The position numbers were made by a program, and so were the translations under genes. A stretch of 10,214 nucleotides of DNA from Candidatus Eiseniibacteriota bacterium (GTDB lineage Bacteria; Arandabacterota; Arandabacteria; Arandabacterales; Arandabacteraceae), in NCBI GenBank assembly GCA_043810925.1, contig JBDRNT010000156.1, forward strand, positions 1 through 10,214. The letters are read 5' to 3'. Position 1 is the stretch's first letter. Every line of letters begins with the position of its first letter. Shown in pieces: positions 6,675 to 10,214 of the stretch. The notes beneath the pieces are model-generated. The model had not been told where the DNA came from. It searched no databases and worked only from the letters and a program-made list of their open reading frames with translations.

Positions 6675-7205
6675 TCACCGCGTCGATTCGATCCCTTCGC
6701 GGCCACGGATTTCTCGCTTCACGCGTTCATACACATGGTAGACTATGGGACACACCGAGCAGTTCGGAAAAGCGTAGCTGAGGCGGGACAAAAAGCCTGG
6801 CCTTTCCAGACCTGGATAAGAACGACAGGCCTCGGGCCTCTCCGGGTAGACACTGCACTCATTACCGGAAAGGAAGGGGCACGGGGAGAACTTCATAGAA
6901 TGCTTCTCGCCGCTGCTGGACACAGCGAGATACTCTCCGATCAGATCTTCGCGCGACATTCTCTTCAGGAGGGCGAGACGATCAATGTCTTCTGGAGTGA
7001 GTGGGGGGCAAAACACCTTACAGCAGTTCCCGCACTCCCGGCATTCGATCTGCTCGGATACCTCCTTGTAATGCTTCCGGGCAATAGCATCGATTTCCTC
7101 AGACGTCAGATCACTTGCTTCCAGCAAAGACCTGTACTGCCTGTCGTCATCGTAATTCGCCCTGGATATCTCTTCGAGCCTGCGGATATTGATCTTGAGT
7201 TTCAT
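6675..7205 (-). CDS. YkgJ family cysteine-cluster (CxxCxxCC, putative Zn/Fe-chelating) protein, about 176 aa
   Basis: CRECGNCC, then CPFLSGNECSVYPERPEACRSYP, and an extra CSVCP. Start is ATG 7205 (GGGACAGGAC upstream) or 7238. Confidence 0.9.
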   Translation of the reverse strand: MKLKINIRRLEEISRANYDDDRQYRSLLEASDLTSEEIDAIARKHYKEVSEQIECRECGNCCKVFCPPLTPEDIDRLALLKRMSREDLIGEYLAVSSSGEKHSMKFSPCPFLSGNECSVYPERPEACRSYPGLERPGFLSRLSYAFPNCSVCPIVYHVYERVKREIRGREGIESTR

Positions 7206-7319
7206 GTCCTGTCCCGGAAGTCTGAAAACGGCAACCATTGAAGCTTCGGCTGACGACCCTGCTAACTCAGGATACTACTGCTTCTTCCCGCGGAGGGATA
7301 CAACAATCAGTGCGGGAAC

Positions 7320-7348
7320 TTCTCAATCGGGGCGCGAGCTGCTATAAT
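7320..7348 (+). promoter_or_regulatory. Sigma70-type extended -10 promoter of the M1 peptidase gene
   Basis: TTCTCA (7320-7325), 17-nt spacer, TG-c-TATAAT (7340-7348), about 40 nt upstream of ATG 7389. Confidence 0.7.
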
Positions 7349-7388
7349 ACAGGGGACGGTCGACTTGTGTTCTCGTGAAGGGAGCGGA

Positions 7389-9413
7389 ATGCGCGGGTTT
7401 CTCTTGCTATCCTTGTTGCTGATCTCTTCACTCGCGGTCTCCCCCCTTGCGTCCCACGGCTTCGCCGATGACTACCAGCCGGTGGACCGGAGCATGCTCT
7501 GGAGATCGGACGAAGCTCACTCACACCTTGTTACCCCGGATCTCGCCGGCCGGGCACTCCAGGTGACAGCCTATGGTTACGACGTCCTCCACATGGATCT
7601 TGATCTCAGTATAGACCCCTCGACCAAGACGGTCGTGGGCGAGGCCATCATGACCGTAACCGTGACCGAGATGAGCCTGGACGAGGTACTGATCGACTTC
7701 ACCGACAGCCTGACGGTGACCGGCGCCGAGGTGGATGGTGTGCCCGTCGGATGGACTCACGGAGGCGACATCATAACCGTACCTGTGCTGCCCGCCGCTT
7801 CCATGGGTGACACCCTCACCATCACAGCAGGCTACTCCGGCCACCCGCCCGAGGTGGGAAACAAGGGAATGAAGTTCCAGACTTACGGGGGCTCTCCTCA
7901 TATCTACGTGCTGAGCACTCCCTACTCCACCCCGGCTATCACCGTGATACCGATGAGCAGCTACTGGCGTCCGTGCAAAGACGTTCCCGATGATAAGAGC
8001 ACCTTTTCGATCAGATTGACCGTCCCCGACACCCTTGTAGCCTGCTCCAACGGCTTGATGGCCGGAGATGTCACCAATGGCGACGGGACCCGGACCTTCA
8101 CCTGGCAGCATGACTACCCCGTCTCACCATATCTGATCGCCTTCGGAGCTTCCGACTATCTGACAATCGAGGAGACCTACACAGGTTCCGGAGACTCCAC
8201 CCTGATTCAGCACTTCGTGTTCCCCAACCGGTACACCCAGGGGCTGGAGAGCTTCAATATCACCGTTCCTGCGATCGAGTACCTGGCATCTATCTACGGG
8301 GAATACCCGTTCCTGGGTGAGAAGTTCGGGCACTTCACAATTGATGCCGGTGTCGCGGTGGAGGAACAGACTCTGGTGGCATATCCCTACACCTGTGTCA
8401 ACGGGGGGCACAGCTGTGACTGGCTGCTTGTTCATGAGCTGGCCCACCAGTGGTGGGGGGACTGCGTTACCTGTCGGGACTGGAAGGAAGTGTGGCTCAA
8501 TGAAGGTTTCGCGAGCTATTCGGAGGCGCTGTGGGTCGAACACAACGATGGGGCCGCGTATTTCCGCATCTATATGGAAGGGATGGACAATGGTCCCTAC
8601 AGCGGTACGGTCTACGATCCACCATATGTCTGGTCCTCAATCGTCTATGACAAGGGCGCCTGGACTCTGAACATGCTCCGCTGGGTAATGGACGATGAAG
8701 GTTTCTTCCAGATGCTGCTGGATTATAGACACGCTTATGAACACGGTAATGTGGTGACCGACGATCTTGTGTCTATCGCCGAATCTGTCTACGGGAACGA
8801 TCTCAACTGGTTCTTCGACCAATGGGTATACCGTGAGGGCAGGCCGGACTACGAGTACTGGTGGGAATACTCAGGCACAGGGCCCTATTCGGTAAACGTC
8901 TATGTCAGACAGGTCCAGTCGATGGCCTACCCGACCTACAAGATGCCGCTCAGGATAAGAATAAACACCACGACCGGAAGCGAAAGCTACACCGTCTGGG
9001 ACTCCTTGAGGACGCAGGCCTTTGTCCTCGAGGTCACCGACGAGCCCACGATTGTCGCCCTCGATCCGAAGCACAAGATCCTCGCGGACTTCACCGAGGT
9101 CACGGGAAGCGCCGTGAGAGATCCGGCCACCCGCGAGCAGGCTTTCCTCGCCCAAAACGTACCCAATCCGTTCAGGGCGCGGACGTTCATAGAGTTCGGG
9201 CTTCCGCGCGACGAGCGAATAGCGCTCCGCGTCTTTGACGTAGAGGGCCGCATGGTAAGAACCCTTGAGCGTGGGCGTCTCCCCGCAGGAGATTATCGCG
9301 TGTCATGGGATGGCCTGGACGACCGGGGGAATTCAGTCGCCCCGGGAGTTTACTTCTACCAGCTCGTGGGCCCCGACGGAGTCCGGAAGAACCGCATGCT
9401 GCTGCTTCGGTAA
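7389..9413 (+). CDS. Secreted M1 family zinc metallopeptidase (aminopeptidase N-like) with a C-terminal PNPF/FlgD-Ig (T9SS-like) sorting domain (674 aa)
   Basis: SD GAAGGGAG before ATG 7389 and signal peptide MRGFLLLSLLLISSLAVSPLASHGFA. HELAH (8433-8447)-X18-E in WLNEGFASY (8502), catalytic Tyr motif VYDKGA, and WRPCKDVPDDK. Tail: QNVPNPF...FDVEGRMVRTL...WDGLDDRG..VAPGVYFYQL. Confidence 0.93.
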   Translation: MRGFLLLSLLLISSLAVSPLASHGFADDYQPVDRSMLWRSDEAHSHLVTPDLAGRALQVTAYGYDVLHMDLDLSIDPSTKTVVGEAIMTVTVTEMSLDEVLIDFTDSLTVTGAEVDGVPVGWTHGGDIITVPVLPAASMGDTLTITAGYSGHPPEVGNKGMKFQTYGGSPHIYVLSTPYSTPAITVIPMSSYWRPCKDVPDDKSTFSIRLTVPDTLVACSNGLMAGDVTNGDGTRTFTWQHDYPVSPYLIAFGASDYLTIEETYTGSGDSTLIQHFVFPNRYTQGLESFNITVPAIEYLASIYGEYPFLGEKFGHFTIDAGVAVEEQTLVAYPYTCVNGGHSCDWLLVHELAHQWWGDCVTCRDWKEVWLNEGFASYSEALWVEHNDGAAYFRIYMEGMDNGPYSGTVYDPPYVWSSIVYDKGAWTLNMLRWVMDDEGFFQMLLDYRHAYEHGNVVTDDLVSIAESVYGNDLNWFFDQWVYREGRPDYEYWWEYSGTGPYSVNVYVRQVQSMAYPTYKMPLRIRINTTTGSESYTVWDSLRTQAFVLEVTDEPTIVALDPKHKILADFTEVTGSAVRDPATREQAFLAQNVPNPFRARTFIEFGLPRDERIALRVFDVEGRMVRTLERGRLPAGDYRVSWDGLDDRGNSVAPGVYFYQLVGPDGVRKNRMLLLR

Positions 9414-9488
9414 GGCGACAGGTTATCCGCGCGTGACACCGCATTCGCGAATTCATCTGTACCATCCCACCCGGACCGCATGGCGTGT

Positions 9489-10007
9489 TCAGCCGGTATC
9501 TCCCCGCAGAAGGTCGGCGTATGCGACTTCGACCAAGTCCTCGTTGCTGACCCCCAGCCGTTCCATCAAGCTGCGTGCTATGCGTGTCCCATCGCCTGGA
9601 CTCTCATCAGACCTGAGCACCACCTCGAGTTCCACGAAGTTCCCCAGGCCCTCCACTTCGTCCAGGTGGATCCGGGTCTGACCCACGTGATACAGAGCCC
9701 TGCGCTTACGAACGATGGCCTTCACTCCCATGGCCTGTGAGAGAGCATCGAGAATGCCGGCCGAGTCAGAAACGACGATCCGCGAATAGCAGCTTTCAAC
9801 CGGCTCGAGGGAATCCGGACGAACATAGAAGATCAGTTCCCCGTCCGCTCCAGGCGATTCTCTCAGCTTCAGCCGGCCATGATAACACTTGAAGAATGTA
9901 TCCACCTGTTCGATGAGCGCGGGCCCACTGTCAGCGATCTCCTCGACCCTTGCCTGGAGGGATGTCAGATCCTTCACTCGAGCCTTGACTTCAATATTCC
10001 GATTCAT
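9489..10007 (-). CDS. cyaB: CYTH domain protein (class IV adenylate cyclase / triphosphate tunnel metalloenzyme family), 172 aa
   Basis: NIEVKAR, QVDTFF, GRLKLRE, VRKRRALY, TRIHLDEVEGLGNFVELEVVL and C-terminal AYADLL are characteristic CYTH motifs. The symbol is family-level only; cyclase activity is not established. Confidence 0.92.
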   Translation of the reverse strand: MNRNIEVKARVKDLTSLQARVEEIADSGPALIEQVDTFFKCYHGRLKLRESPGADGELIFYVRPDSLEPVESCYSRIVVSDSAGILDALSQAMGVKAIVRKRRALYHVGQTRIHLDEVEGLGNFVELEVVLRSDESPGDGTRIARSLMERLGVSNEDLVEVAYADLLRGDTG

Positions 10008-10028
10008 TCTCCTGCCAACCCCACCGGC

Positions 10029-10214
10029 CTAATCCGTGCTGACTATCACATTGATCTGAAGCCCTTTGTCGGAAGGCACGAAGTTGATGTTGGCGTCTCG
10101 CCCATCATTATTGTACATGAGAATTGAGTGCGAACCCATGTACATTGAACCCTCTTAGGACAAACCCTTGGCCTGCATCTCCAGCTTATATGCCTCTACC
10201 ACTTCGGCCTTGTC
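10029..10214 (-). pseudogene. 3' end of a hypothetical gene entering from the window edge, interrupted by an in-frame TAA (pseudogene or sequence error); alternatively a gene end followed by a 38-aa ORF
   Basis: One frame reads DKAEVVEAYKLEMQAKGLS*EGSMYMGSHSILMYNNDGRDANINFVPSDKGLQINVIVSTD*. The internal TAA is at 10157-10155 and the final TAG at 10031-10029, 21 nt before the CYTH start. Confidence 0.5.

Noticed and set aside
6357-7241. 294-aa plus-strand ORF
   Set aside because: Antisense shadow of the GNAT and YkgJ genes, which have clear family motifs. It has no recognisable motif or RBS.
9984-10000. CYTH ExExK motif reads NIEVK
   Set aside because: To my knowledge the N-x-E-x-K variant is common in bacterial CYTH proteins, so it is not evidence of inactivation or novelty.
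7521-10127. Alternative ORFs overlapping the M1 peptidase and CYTH genes
   Set aside because: Shadow ORFs with no family motifs or translation signals.

Overview
GC-rich bacterial chromosomal window with eight complete CDSs and two edge-truncated ones. I saw no rRNA, tRNA, CRISPR array or mobile element. In order: the 5' end of a probable PhoH-family gene (-); a two-gene minus-strand operon encoding a small coiled-coil lipoprotein and a secreted coiled-coil plus tandem-LysM protein, with its own sigma70 promoter and a terminator-like hairpin; a secreted calcineurin-like metallophosphoesterase with a 306-bp internal duplication and a PNPF/FlgD-Ig (T9SS-like) tail (-); a divergent secreted two-lobed retropepsin-like aspartyl protease with PDZ (+), preceded by a sigma54-type promoter layout; a YkgJ (CxxCxxCC) plus GNAT pair (-); a secreted M1 metallopeptidase with the same tail but altered amine-binding motifs (+); a CYTH/class IV adenylate cyclase-family gene (-); and a stop-interrupted ORF at the right edge. 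The tails suggest an FCB-related lineage (inference). The most interesting signal is that the lipoprotein and the LysM protein carry equal-length, in-register coiled coils that each start at a Cys, suggesting a two-part Lpp-like membrane-to-peptidoglycan tether. A 12-bp quasi-palindrome is also shared by two promoter regions. All family calls come from motif recognition by eye; no searches were run.
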